From Candidatus Magasanikiibacteriota bacterium (lineage in GTDB: Bacteria; Patescibacteriota; Patescibacteriia; Magasanikbacterales; GWA2-37-8), in contig JACRFW010000004.1 in NCBI GenBank assembly GCA_016234265.1, positions 1 to 46,809 on the forward strand: 46,809 nt of DNA, written 5' to 3'. Position 1 is the first letter of the stretch. Each line of letters starts with the position of its first letter. Below the pieces are notes generated by a model. That model did not search any database. It had not been told where the DNA came from and was given only the letters and a program-made list of their open reading frames with translations. The position numbers and the translations under genes were made by a program. Of the stretch, positions 1 through 8,909 are shown one piece after another.

Positions 1-2180
1 CGCGACGATTTATTGAGATAACCATACACGAACAACGCGTCCTTAAAACGCTGGAGTGGTGTCGTATGTACCGTGCCCACTCTGTGCCAAAATAAATCAT
101 GCGCGGTATAGATAGTAAAAAGGTAGGCGGTGGCGGCGTCATCATCAGACAAAATAACGCCTGGTTGCTTAATTTTTTGGAGCCAACCAATAAGAGGCTG
201 ATAGTTCTGTTCGTACAACTTACTGGCATAAATAGTCCAAAGTGACTGGTACTGGCCGACGGCAGTATTCAAAAACACCACCAAGATCAAAATATAAAAA
301 AATACGGAGCGTGCCCGCTGCCAAGGCAACAAAAACCACAGCATGTAAAAACTGACAATAATGGAAAGTGGGACAATAAAAAACCAATAATAATGACCAT
401 ATTGAACTACTCGACCCGTCAGGAGTTGTTGATTCAAAGCCACCCAACCGCCCAAAATAAACGATCCGATAATGATAGAGTTTTGATCCCGCCGCCGCTT
501 ATAAATATAGAGGGCAAATAAGAGCAGCGTGACAAACCCGATCTTGCTAAAGACTGGCTGGCGCCCATGTGTCGCCCACAGGAAATAGGAGGCCTGTTTC
601 CCAGCCGCAGTGCCAAAGTACAAGAGCATTTTGATCACGCTATATGCACCCAACGCCACGCCGACTGCAGCAACAGTAAAAACTTTTTTTGCCCGATCAA
701 TATCTCTGGTGAGAGCGTACAACACACATAAGATCCCCGTCAGCGAAAGCGCAATAGTCCACGCGTAAAAATAACTGTAAAACAGCCAGCCCAAAGCCAA
801 GCCAGCCCAAATAACATGCCGTCGCCGACTTTCCCGCAAGCTCTTAACAAGTAAATTCAGGTAGGTAAAAAAACCCAAAGAGCTGACATATGGGAATGTC
901 GGACGTCCATAAATATTAAAATCAATATAAAATAAGGTCTTGTTGTAAATGATCGAATAACCACCAATGACAAAAAGCGCCGTGGCGGCTGAAAGAAAAG
1001 TATTGCCAGAAAGTTGCTGTGCCAAAAAATATATCAACAGAATGACTATAAAGACACCAATAAAATTATAAATGTTATAGATGGTAGCGGCATTTACCCG
1101 ATCGGACAGCCCAAGCAATTTTATTGGCGCCATGAGCACATATTCATTCATCGTAAATAGATAATCCTGCCCATCCTCCTTGCCTTCGCGAAAAGTAAGA
1201 TTGCCGAGCGAATGTCCCTCAAGCACTTCTTTGCCCCGAGCGATATAATTATGTCCGTCCGAGCCAAAGTGAGGAATATTAATGCCGCGGTAATCACTAC
1301 CGGCTAGATAGGAAAAAATAATTTGAGGGAACGAAACGAGCGTCGTCAGCAACAAACCGGTAATGATGATAAACGCATGGACAGACAGACCCTGCCAAAA
1401 ATTATTCTGAGACTTAGGAACATCGACACCAACGGTTGTCGCTAATTCACGAGTATAAAGTCCAGCCGCGGCCCGCTGCATAATCTTGCCAAGGCCCACG
1501 AGTGAACGGATAGAATCGCAAAAAGGATGTACTCTGGAATTTCTGAAATCGGTCCATAAGACCGGCATTTCCTTAATACGCCACCCTCGTTTGTTGGCAG
1601 TATAGGCCAGTTCAGCTTCGGCCAAAAAATGATTATCGTATTGATAATTAATAATGTCATGTCCGGCAGCCCTGGTAAACATTTTAAACCCTAAGGCGTA
1701 ATCCGTACTTTTAAAACCGAAAACCAATCGTGCCAAGAATAAAAATACATAGCCCAGACCAATGCGCAACCAAGACTGATGCGTCAAAATCTTGGCTCCC
1801 GGGGCATTGCGGCTGCCCATGAGCACGTCAACATTTTTTTTGCTCTGCAAAGTAGTATAAAAACGCAAAATTGCCTCCTCATCAACACTACCGTCAGCGT
1901 CAGTTTCAAGAATATAATCCCCCTGCGCCTGTTTCATTCCAGTTCTCACTGCCGCGCCCCGCCCCTGGTTAGGCGTATAGGAGATGAGCACAACTCGTCC
2001 GGGAAATTGTTTGACAAATTCTTCCACGACCCGCGCGGTTCTGTCGGTAGAGCCGTCGTTCACAACAATCAATTCATACTCTTCTGAAAAATGTATATTC
2101 AAAAAATTAAGCGTGCGATCAAGCGTACTGGGCAAACGGTGTTCTTCATTATAGGCAGGAATAACAACGGAAAGCCGCAT
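1..2180 (-). CDS. GT2 polyprenyl-phosphate glycosyltransferase (DPM/DPG synthase-like) fused to a polytopic GT-C-like membrane domain; 3' end runs off the window
   Basis: Translated by hand from ATG 2180: MRLSVVIPAYNEE..VVNDGSTD..NQGRG..ETDADG..LGFKMF. The frame continues with no stop into a hydrophobic domain (YRGINI..GKEVLEGHSLGN..LNQQLLTG..YTAHDLFWH) that aligns with the 24120..25949 protein. It is absent from the ORF track because no stop lies in the window. Confidence 0.88.
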   Translation of the reverse strand, partial: MRLSVVIPAYNEEHRLPSTLDRTLNFLNIHFSEEYELIVVNDGSTDRTARVVEEFVKQFPGRVVLISYTPNQGRGAAVRTGMKQAQGDYILETDADGSVDEEAILRFYTTLQSKKNVDVLMGSRNAPGAKILTHQSWLRIGLGYVFLFLARLVFGFKSTDYALGFKMFTRAAGHDIINYQYDNHFLAEAELAYTANKRGWRIKEMPVLWTDFRNSRVHPFCDSIRSLVGLGKIMQRAAAGLYTRELATTVGVDVPKSQNNFWQGLSVHAFIIITGLLLTTLVSFPQIIFSYLAGSDYRGINIPHFGSDGHNYIARGKEVLEGHSLGNLTFREGKEDGQDYLFTMNEYVLMAPIKLLGLSDRVNAATIYNIYNFIGVFIVILLIYFLAQQLSGNTFLSAATALFVIGGYSIIYNKTLFYIDFNIYGRPTFPYVSSLGFFTYLNLLVKSLRESRRRHVIWAGLALGWLFYSYFYAWTIALSLTGILCVLYALTRDIDRAKKVFTVAAVGVALGAYSVIKMLLYFGTAAGKQASYFLWATHGRQPVFSKIGFVTLLLFALYIYKRRRDQNSIIIGSFILGGWVALNQQLLTGRVVQYGHYYWFFIVPLSIIVSFYMLWFLLPWQRARSVFFYILILVVFLNTAVGQYQSLWTIYASKLYEQNYQPLIGWLQKIKQPGVILSDDDAATAYLFTIYTAHDLFWHRVGTVHTTPLQRFKDALFVYGYLNKSS

Positions 2181-2185
2181 AGAGT

Positions 2186-2992
2186 TTAAAATAATAATTT
2201 ATCTACCCACATAGACGTCAGGCGCTTACAGAGTTCCTCGCTATTGTCGCCCGATCGTATAAATACATAGAGCTCCAGGCCGAATTCGTGAGCTTCGTGC
2301 ACGAGCTCTGGCGTCATTTTCCCGGGCTCAACAAAAAACACATAATTACAACCGAGCTCATGGGCCGCTTTGAGCCCCGCGTTCTCCCAAGTGTCACCCT
2401 CGTGATAATAGCGCAAGGCGCTCGCGGCAATCGGATTTTTTCCGACATGCTCGGCGCTGGTTAGCCAGGTGAAGCCCAACCGCAGAGTGAGGCCGGTTTC
2501 TTCCAGCGCTTTTTTGGCAGCCATTACCGCTTCGGGAGAAAAGGAGTGAATGCCCATTTGTTCAATAAAACGCGACGGTTCTTTGCCCTGAACTTTAAAG
2601 GCGCCCTCTGCCCGCATGTCGCCTATGGTGACAACTATCTGCCGCGCTGTTTGAGCGGCCTTTTCTGGCGTACTACCCTTCGCCTCAAAAAAAACTTGGA
2701 TACCGCGATCATAGCAACCGGCCACATACTCCCGAAAAAAAGGAGCCGCGCCGCCAATTTGGTCAGGGGCGCGCACCTTGAGCTTGGCAAAAATTTCGGG
2801 GGACATGTTCTCAATATCCGGATCTCTCATTTTAAAATCGGCCGGGTGCACCACCCCCAGTGTTTTTTCATCACTCAAAAGCATGACATCGGCCTCCACC
2901 CCGCCGCCATAAAGACGAAAGGCTTCAAAGGCATTCGGAAAATTTTGCCCTTCCCATTTTCCGCGATGGATAATATTTGGTTTGGTTTCCAT
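2186..2992 (-). CDS. Glycerophosphodiester phosphodiesterase (GDPD)-family protein, divergent
   Basis: IIHRG, GVEADV, VVH and FFEAK match the GDPD HRG / ExD / H / ExK pattern. The C-terminus resembles the family (AHEFGLELYVF..VDKL). Confidence 0.7.
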   Translation of the reverse strand: METKPNIIHRGKWEGQNFPNAFEAFRLYGGGVEADVMLLSDEKTLGVVHPADFKMRDPDIENMSPEIFAKLKVRAPDQIGGAAPFFREYVAGCYDRGIQVFFEAKGSTPEKAAQTARQIVVTIGDMRAEGAFKVQGKEPSRFIEQMGIHSFSPEAVMAAKKALEETGLTLRLGFTWLTSAEHVGKNPIAASALRYYHEGDTWENAGLKAAHELGCNYVFFVEPGKMTPELVHEAHEFGLELYVFIRSGDNSEELCKRLTSMWVDKLLF

Positions 2993-3000
2993 AGAGGACG

Positions 3001-3978
3001 CTATTTTTGTAAAATTTTTTCACACGCCTCGGTCACGCGACAGGCAAAAGTGCTGTCGGTAATGGGCTTGGCACCAGTATGTACACAATGTATGAAATGC
3101 TCTAGCTCATTAAGAAGGGGCTCGCGGGCGTTGATAGACGGTTTTATAAATTTGGCCTCTTTTTCAAATTGGACTATCTGCGAACGATTGCCCTTACTGT
3201 TCGTGGTGCTGGGGTAGGGTAATTTCCACAAACTTAGTTTATCATGTTGAAGCTGATCGTCAAACACTGCCATGCCTTTGTCGCCCACAATGGTAATTTT
3301 TCGCACTTTTTCTGGCCAAAACCAACTGGTGGTGAGCGCGGCGGTCAAACCGTTTTGATATTGTAAGGTAGTGGAGGTAAAATCATCGCGCTCGGAGTGA
3401 CTTATAGAATGACGGCTACCCGAAATGCTAAATTGTTGCCCAGGAAAAAAATATTCTAAAATAGCCAAATCATGAACCCCAGCATCTTGAAAACAGCCCA
3501 CGTCACTCCGAATTGGACTACAGTACAAATGTTCGCCGCGGAAATATTGGATCATACCAAAACTGTCTAAAACACTTTTGAGATACCGGATGTAGTCGTT
3601 GTATAAATACTGAAAACCGACCATAAAAATATTGGATTGGCTGGCTGCGACTTTTTGTACCGCCTGGGCCTGCTTTACTGTTAACACCATCGGTTTTTCC
3701 ACCAGCACGTGCTTACCAGCTTTGAGCGCGGACATAATAAGATCAAAGTGCGTCGCGAGCGGGGTCGCAATAATGACGCAATTGAGTGTCTGGTCGCCAA
3801 AAATTTCCGCGGCGTCAGTGGTGGTTTTAATGCCTGGAGCCAACTCGGTCGCGGGCGTCATGAAAGATGCTTGGGTGCTGGCGCACACCGTGGTGAGTTG
3901 AACGCCGGGCGTGGTTTGCAAAAGCCGGGCATAGTGTTTGCCGAAGCGACCAAACCCGATGAGGCCAAAACGTAGCAT
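3001..3978 (-). CDS. Gfo/Idh/MocA-family NAD(P)-dependent oxidoreductase
   Basis: GLIGFGRFG, GKHVLVEKP and DAGVHD motifs. ATG 3978 preferred over GTG 3984. Confidence 0.9.
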   Translation of the reverse strand: MLRFGLIGFGRFGKHYARLLQTTPGVQLTTVCASTQASFMTPATELAPGIKTTTDAAEIFGDQTLNCVIIATPLATHFDLIMSALKAGKHVLVEKPMVLTVKQAQAVQKVAASQSNIFMVGFQYLYNDYIRYLKSVLDSFGMIQYFRGEHLYCSPIRSDVGCFQDAGVHDLAILEYFFPGQQFSISGSRHSISHSERDDFTSTTLQYQNGLTAALTTSWFWPEKVRKITIVGDKGMAVFDDQLQHDKLSLWKLPYPSTTNSKGNRSQIVQFEKEAKFIKPSINAREPLLNELEHFIHCVHTGAKPITDSTFACRVTEACEKILQK

Positions 3979-3992
3979 AAACACACGCTAAT

Positions 3993-6281
3993 TTAGGACA
4001 ACGCCGCACTATTCTTAAACCAGCGATAAGACCGTTTTAAACCAACCTTAAGATCAACCTTAGCGCTATAGCCCAAACTTTTTTTGGCTTTAGTTAGATC
4101 AGGACATCGACGACGGGGTTCGTCTTGCGGATAATTATCCGGATAGGAAACTAGATTCACCGCAATTTTATTATCAAAAACAACTTCAGCTACCGTATCT
4201 GCCAGCACCTTCATATTAATTTCATCGTTATCATTACCAATATTATAGACTTCTCCATCAGCGCCAAAAAGTAACACCTTAAGAAACCCCACGATAGCGT
4301 CGGTCACATAACAAAACGTCCTGGTTTGGTTGCCTTTATCGTGCACCGTCAGTGCCTTGCCTTCCATGCCTTGGCTCAAAAAAGTGGGAATGACACGATA
4401 GTCTTTAGAGCTCATACCGGGACCATACACGTTGAAAGGGCGGACAATTTTTATTGGAGTATGGTGGACCTGGTGATATGACATGGCCAGAGTTTCTCCT
4501 AAACGCTTAGATTCATCATAACATGAGCGCGGCCCTATAGAAGACACGTTGCCTTTGTATGTTTCCGGAGTCGGGATAACATTGGGGTCCGGGTCGCCAT
4601 AAATTTCGCTTGAGCTGAAATAAAGGACACTTTTCGCCTGCTTTACTCGCGCCAATTCAAGGGTATTTTTGAGCCCAAAAATTGTGCCCTCAATTGTCTC
4701 AATAGGATATTTTTTATAATATATAGGGGAAGCCACCCCTGCGGCGTTGATGATATAATCCACGCTGCCCTCTACGGTAAAAGGGGTACAAACATTATGT
4801 TCTAAAAAGGTAATAGCTGGACTGGAAATTTCACGCAATAAATTATTCTTTTTGCCCACGATATGGTTATCAATAGATACTACCCTGCATGATTCTGGTA
4901 AAAAATACTTATTGAGCATATCAACGGTCGCTACCATATAACTGCCAATAAAACCGGAGCCACCTGTTATTACCACTGTTTTGCCAGAGAGAAGTTGCGC
5001 CTCTTTACCCAAAGATTGGATGATGGAATACAAATCCTGATCAACAATATTTTCAATGATAAGCGGGCGCGGCACGGGTATTATAAATCGCTCATGCTGA
5101 ACTAATTTCTTCATAATAGGCTCGGCAAAATTCCAGGCCAAGATCAATATATAATCCGGATGGTCAACGGCCAAATGTTCCGGTCCTACCACCGGCAAAT
5201 GAGTTCCTGGCATGAATAATCCCTGCTTCCAACTACTGTCATCAACCACATAGTCAATAGTATCCTTACCAATGCCAAAATAACTAAGAAGCGTTGTGGC
5301 TTTAGCCGGCGCTCCATAGCCGACTATTTTCTTTCCTGCGGATTTCAATTCACCGAGCAACTGAAGTAACTGTCGTTTATTCTCGCCTATTCTTTGACCA
5401 AAATGAATAAAGGTTGCTTCTTGGGAAAGACCACAGGTCTCTTCCTCGGCAAAAAACTGATCAATAGCAGCAGTGTGCGGCGGCCGTGAACCTCCGCGCT
5501 TTTGCACAAAAACACGGAGCGAACCGCCGTGAGTGTCGGTGCGCTCTATGTCGAATACTTCCATGCCCAAACGCTTGAATAAAGCGCACAAGGTGTGGAC
5601 CGTAAAATACGAGAGGTGCTCATGGTAAACTGTATCAAATAGATTTTTTTCAATCAGATCGCGCAGGTAATATGCTTCAATTACAAAAACGCCATCCGGA
5701 GCCAACAATATTTTCACGCCCTCAACAATTTCATCTAAATCATCAACATGCGGAAAAACGCTCGTCGCCGTGACGAGATGCGCCGTGCCGTGGTCTCTCA
5801 CAATTTCGCCTGCCACCGTTGGACTAAAAAAAACTGGCTTTGTTTCAATGCCATTGCTGGTAGCCATCTCTGCGATCTTGATTGCCGGATCAATACCGAG
5901 CACTCGCCTGCCACGATTTTTAAAAGGGCGCAGGAGTATACCATCATTGCTCCCAATATCCACCACCAAAGCGCCACCAGGCAAAGACAGACGACCTATC
6001 ATGGTTTCGGAAAATGTTTCAAAGTGAGAAACAAAGGCCGGTGAAGTTGAAGAGACATATACATAGTTGCGAAACAACAGTTCAGGCGAAACAACATCCG
6101 CGAGTTGCACAAAACCACAGTCGCGGCACAGTTGGAGCTCAAGCGGAAAAGACTGCTCTAGTAGCTGCAGCTGATCTGGACGTAGAAAGGCGTTGGCCGG
6201 CGGTGTTGAGCCAAGTGATAGTACGCCGTGCAGATTCTGTCCAATGCAAACGCGGCAGGTTGTTCTCTTCATTACCATCAT
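3993..6281 (-). CDS. Fusion of an NDP-sugar C-methyltransferase (Zn-binding, class I SAM) and a UDP-glucuronate-decarboxylase-like NAD-dependent epimerase/dehydratase
   Basis: N-part: CRVC/CRDC, DIGSNDG, YHEHLSYF, HGGS, GYGAPAKA, ILAWNF. C-part: ITGGSGFIG, SSSEIYG, GPRSCYDESKR, QTRTFCY, DEPRRRCPD. Single uninterrupted frame. Confidence 0.88.
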   Translation of the reverse strand: MMVMKRTTCRVCIGQNLHGVLSLGSTPPANAFLRPDQLQLLEQSFPLELQLCRDCGFVQLADVVSPELLFRNYVYVSSTSPAFVSHFETFSETMIGRLSLPGGALVVDIGSNDGILLRPFKNRGRRVLGIDPAIKIAEMATSNGIETKPVFFSPTVAGEIVRDHGTAHLVTATSVFPHVDDLDEIVEGVKILLAPDGVFVIEAYYLRDLIEKNLFDTVYHEHLSYFTVHTLCALFKRLGMEVFDIERTDTHGGSLRVFVQKRGGSRPPHTAAIDQFFAEEETCGLSQEATFIHFGQRIGENKRQLLQLLGELKSAGKKIVGYGAPAKATTLLSYFGIGKDTIDYVVDDSSWKQGLFMPGTHLPVVGPEHLAVDHPDYILILAWNFAEPIMKKLVQHERFIIPVPRPLIIENIVDQDLYSIIQSLGKEAQLLSGKTVVITGGSGFIGSYMVATVDMLNKYFLPESCRVVSIDNHIVGKKNNLLREISSPAITFLEHNVCTPFTVEGSVDYIINAAGVASPIYYKKYPIETIEGTIFGLKNTLELARVKQAKSVLYFSSSEIYGDPDPNVIPTPETYKGNVSSIGPRSCYDESKRLGETLAMSYHQVHHTPIKIVRPFNVYGPGMSSKDYRVIPTFLSQGMEGKALTVHDKGNQTRTFCYVTDAIVGFLKVLLFGADGEVYNIGNDNDEINMKVLADTVAEVVFDNKIAVNLVSYPDNYPQDEPRRRCPDLTKAKKSLGYSAKVDLKVGLKRSYRWFKNSAALS

Positions 6282-6296
6282 ACTTCTCAACTGGTC

Positions 6297-6683
6297 TTAA
6301 ATAAGTTTTACGCGGACAGTATCAGCCTCATAGGCGGCCTGATGGCGGGAGTTGAGAGCCATCACTACCCATGTGGTGTCTTCTAAAAAACGAAAGGCAT
6401 GAATGACCATTGCCGGAGAATAAACCATGTCGCCAGTCTGTAAAATTGCTGACTTGATCTCTGAATCTTCAGCTCCTACTGGTTTCTCAAAATATTCCAT
6501 TTTACCAGAGAGCATGTAGCAGTAGTGCGCATCGGTCTTGTGATAATGGTTCGCCCGAACGCTTCCGGCTTTAGAAGTGATAATTAAGGTACTTTTTATG
6601 ATAGTTTTTCCATCATCTAAAATTTTTGTAATGCCGCCGCGATTGTCGGTAAACTCGGGACGTATGCCTTTTGTTATATGCAT
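6297..6683 (-). CDS. Cupin-fold NDP-sugar isomerase/epimerase (RmlC/FdtA/WxcM-like)
   Basis: FTDNRG, RANHYH and PAMVIHAF. Start moved to ATG 6683 because a promoter overlaps the longer ORF call. Confidence 0.75.
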   Translation of the reverse strand: MHITKGIRPEFTDNRGGITKILDDGKTIIKSTLIITSKAGSVRANHYHKTDAHYCYMLSGKMEYFEKPVGAEDSEIKSAILQTGDMVYSPAMVIHAFRFLEDTTWVVMALNSRHQAAYEADTVRVKLI

Positions 6684-6717
6684 AAAATAAAGGCTATATG
6701 AATTAAACAACCCCCTT

Positions 6718-6746
6718 ATTATGAATGACCCTAAGCGCTTTGTCAA
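6718..6746 (-). promoter_or_regulatory. Sigma70-type promoter for the cupin / C-methyltransferase block
   Basis: TTGACA-17 nt-CATAAT on the minus strand, 34 nt upstream of ATG 6683. Confidence 0.65.
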
Positions 6747-7417
6747 GGAGACAAAAGATGTTTTGACTCTATAAAATCCACCACGCTTTCCGCCACCATT
6801 GCATGGCCAGCGGCGGTGAAGTGCCCGGTATCACGAATAAATACTTGGGTCTTTTCCGAGTTGATAGCCCTCGCAGTTCGATCGCTGAGATCCAAAATAG
6901 GAAACTTTGTTCCGATAACCTGTTGAAATATTTTATTCGGCAAAGAAGCGTCATACGTTGCCGGAAGTGTTTCAGACAGTTGTTTAGCATATTTATTATC
7001 TACTTGCCAATAATTAGGTATAATAACAACATTAAACTTCCCGCCATCACGATTTACTGTTTCTCCGAGTTTAAGGGCTAATTCGGCCGTAAAACGCATC
7101 AATTTAAGCCGATCAATATCGGCCGGATTAAAAAAGGCGCGATCATCGTCCCCTAAGGTCACCGCCTTAATAGCTACCGGATCAAATAGGCCAAGTCGCA
7201 GCCACTGTCTATATAAAAATGTCGCAGGCCAGCGTGCTATGCCAATTTGCTTAATGGAAAGTAGATAAAGATGCTCAGTGACAATAGCCAAAAGGCGCCT
7301 TATAAAACGGACTAATTCTAACTGCTGACTTTCATTATTCTGGGCAGCCGCTGTAGCATCATTCAAAGCCGCCTTCAAACTAAGCAAGCGACGGCCAGAT
7401 AAAAAATTAAGTTTCAT
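6743..7417 (-). CDS. SGNH/AlgJ-like acyltransferase/esterase C-terminal portion, apparently lacking the N-terminal GDS block
   Basis: C-terminal VVIIP..DTGHFTAAGH pattern; lies directly after an MBOAT gene; no GDS motif in the ORF. Confidence 0.55.
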   Translation of the reverse strand: MKLNFLSGRRLLSLKAALNDATAAAQNNESQQLELVRFIRRLLAIVTEHLYLLSIKQIGIARWPATFLYRQWLRLGLFDPVAIKAVTLGDDDRAFFNPADIDRLKLMRFTAELALKLGETVNRDGGKFNVVIIPNYWQVDNKYAKQLSETLPATYDASLPNKIFQQVIGTKFPILDLSDRTARAINSEKTQVFIRDTGHFTAAGHAMVAESVVDFIESKHLLSP

Positions 7418-7434
7418 AATATCAGCAGAATTTC

Positions 7435-8901
7435 TTAAAACTGAAAATAGATAAACGGACGCTCACCAAAATACCCAAAAAATATTATCCAAAGCATCAG
7501 GGCATTATAAAATGTCCAACGAACCCATGGCGCGCGCGCCGCGAGCGCTTCACCCAAGGTGCCATTTTTTATCCGAAAATGCACATACTCCATAAAAATA
7601 ATGGCAATAAATATATGCGCCAAGCTAAACGTGCTCACGCCGAGCACGCCGGACAATCTAATAAACGAACCTGCTCTCAAAAAATAATCACCAAGTCCGA
7701 CAAAAAAATGCCGGAAAATATAAACGGCATCGGCAATAGATTTGGCCCGGAAAAGTATCCAACTGATGGAAATCAAAAAGAATGTTATGATCATCTGCAA
7801 AAACGCGCGCAAACGCAGACTCTGGTCAAAACGAATAAAATTAATGATTTTCTCACGAAGAGCCTTGGTCCAAATTGAAATAACTATATAACAACCAAGA
7901 AGACCGCCCCAAATAACGTAGTTCCAGGCCGCACCATGCCACAAACCACTCAACAGGAAAACAATCATGATATTTAACGATCGACGCCATTTTGCCACTA
8001 ACTTACCGCCCAATGGGATATACACATAATCACGAAACCAAGAGGAAAGCGAAATGTTCCAGCGCCGCCAAAATTCTCCGACCGATTTAGAAAAGTATGG
8101 CCGATCAAAATTGTTCATTAGTTTAAAACCCATGACCTTCGCTGAACCTATAGCGATATCAGTATAACCTGAGAAATCGCCATAAATTTGGAAAGCAAAT
8201 AAAATGACGGCAATAATAAGTGGCCAACCATAAAATTGGGTCGGATAGTCAAACACTCGATTAACAATCGTAGCGCTATTGTCGGCAATAACAATTTTCT
8301 TAAAAAAACCCCAAAGCATAAGACTCAGCCCAGAAGACACCCGCGGCCAACTGAATTCATGTTTTTCCCTAAATTGATGAAGCAAATTCTGCGGCCTTTC
8401 AATCGGTCCCGCTACGAGCTGGGGGTAAAACATGACATATAACGCATAAATGCCAAAATGCCGCTCTGCCTTTTGATTGCCGCGATAGACTTCAATAGTG
8501 TAACTCAACGCCTGAAAAGTATGAAAAGATAATCCGATTGGTAAGATAATCTTTAGAATCGGCATAGAATAGTTCCAATGTAGTGCTTGCATGAGAACAT
8601 TCAGATTGCCGCTGGCAAAACCATAGTATTTGAAAAAAGCCAAAAAACCAATATTGGATATGATGCTGATGATCAAATAGGCTTTCCTCCTCGCCCCGCT
8701 AGAGCGATCGATCAAAATGCCAGCTATATAATCGACAATGATCGTGGTGAACAAAATAAGAATGTAAACGGGTATAAAAGCCATGTAAAAAACGCAGCTG
8801 GACAACAGCAACCAAAGCCAACGAAATCTGTGTGGCATCATGAAATAGACGGCGGTAACAACCGGAAAAAATATAAAAAAAATAAAAGAATTAAAGATCA
8901 T
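7435..8901 (-). CDS. MBOAT-family O-acyltransferase (AlgI/PatA/DltB-like)
   Basis: LPIGLSFHTFQ, PQLVAGPIER, QIYGDFSGY, FWRRWNISLSSW, SGLWHGA (catalytic His) and C-terminal FIYFQF. Confidence 0.95.
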   Translation of the reverse strand: MIFNSFIFFIFFPVVTAVYFMMPHRFRWLWLLLSSCVFYMAFIPVYILILFTTIIVDYIAGILIDRSSGARRKAYLIISIISNIGFLAFFKYYGFASGNLNVLMQALHWNYSMPILKIILPIGLSFHTFQALSYTIEVYRGNQKAERHFGIYALYVMFYPQLVAGPIERPQNLLHQFREKHEFSWPRVSSGLSLMLWGFFKKIVIADNSATIVNRVFDYPTQFYGWPLIIAVILFAFQIYGDFSGYTDIAIGSAKVMGFKLMNNFDRPYFSKSVGEFWRRWNISLSSWFRDYVYIPLGGKLVAKWRRSLNIMIVFLLSGLWHGAAWNYVIWGGLLGCYIVISIWTKALREKIINFIRFDQSLRLRAFLQMIITFFLISISWILFRAKSIADAVYIFRHFFVGLGDYFLRAGSFIRLSGVLGVSTFSLAHIFIAIIFMEYVHFRIKNGTLGEALAARAPWVRWTFYNALMLWIIFFGYFGERPFIYFQF

Positions 8902-8909
8902 ATACTACG

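Noticed and set aside
220-2087. Short ORF-track calls 220..447, 434..616, 1442..1660 and 1779..2087
   Set aside because: All lie within the real <1..2180 fusion gene, in other frames or antisense.
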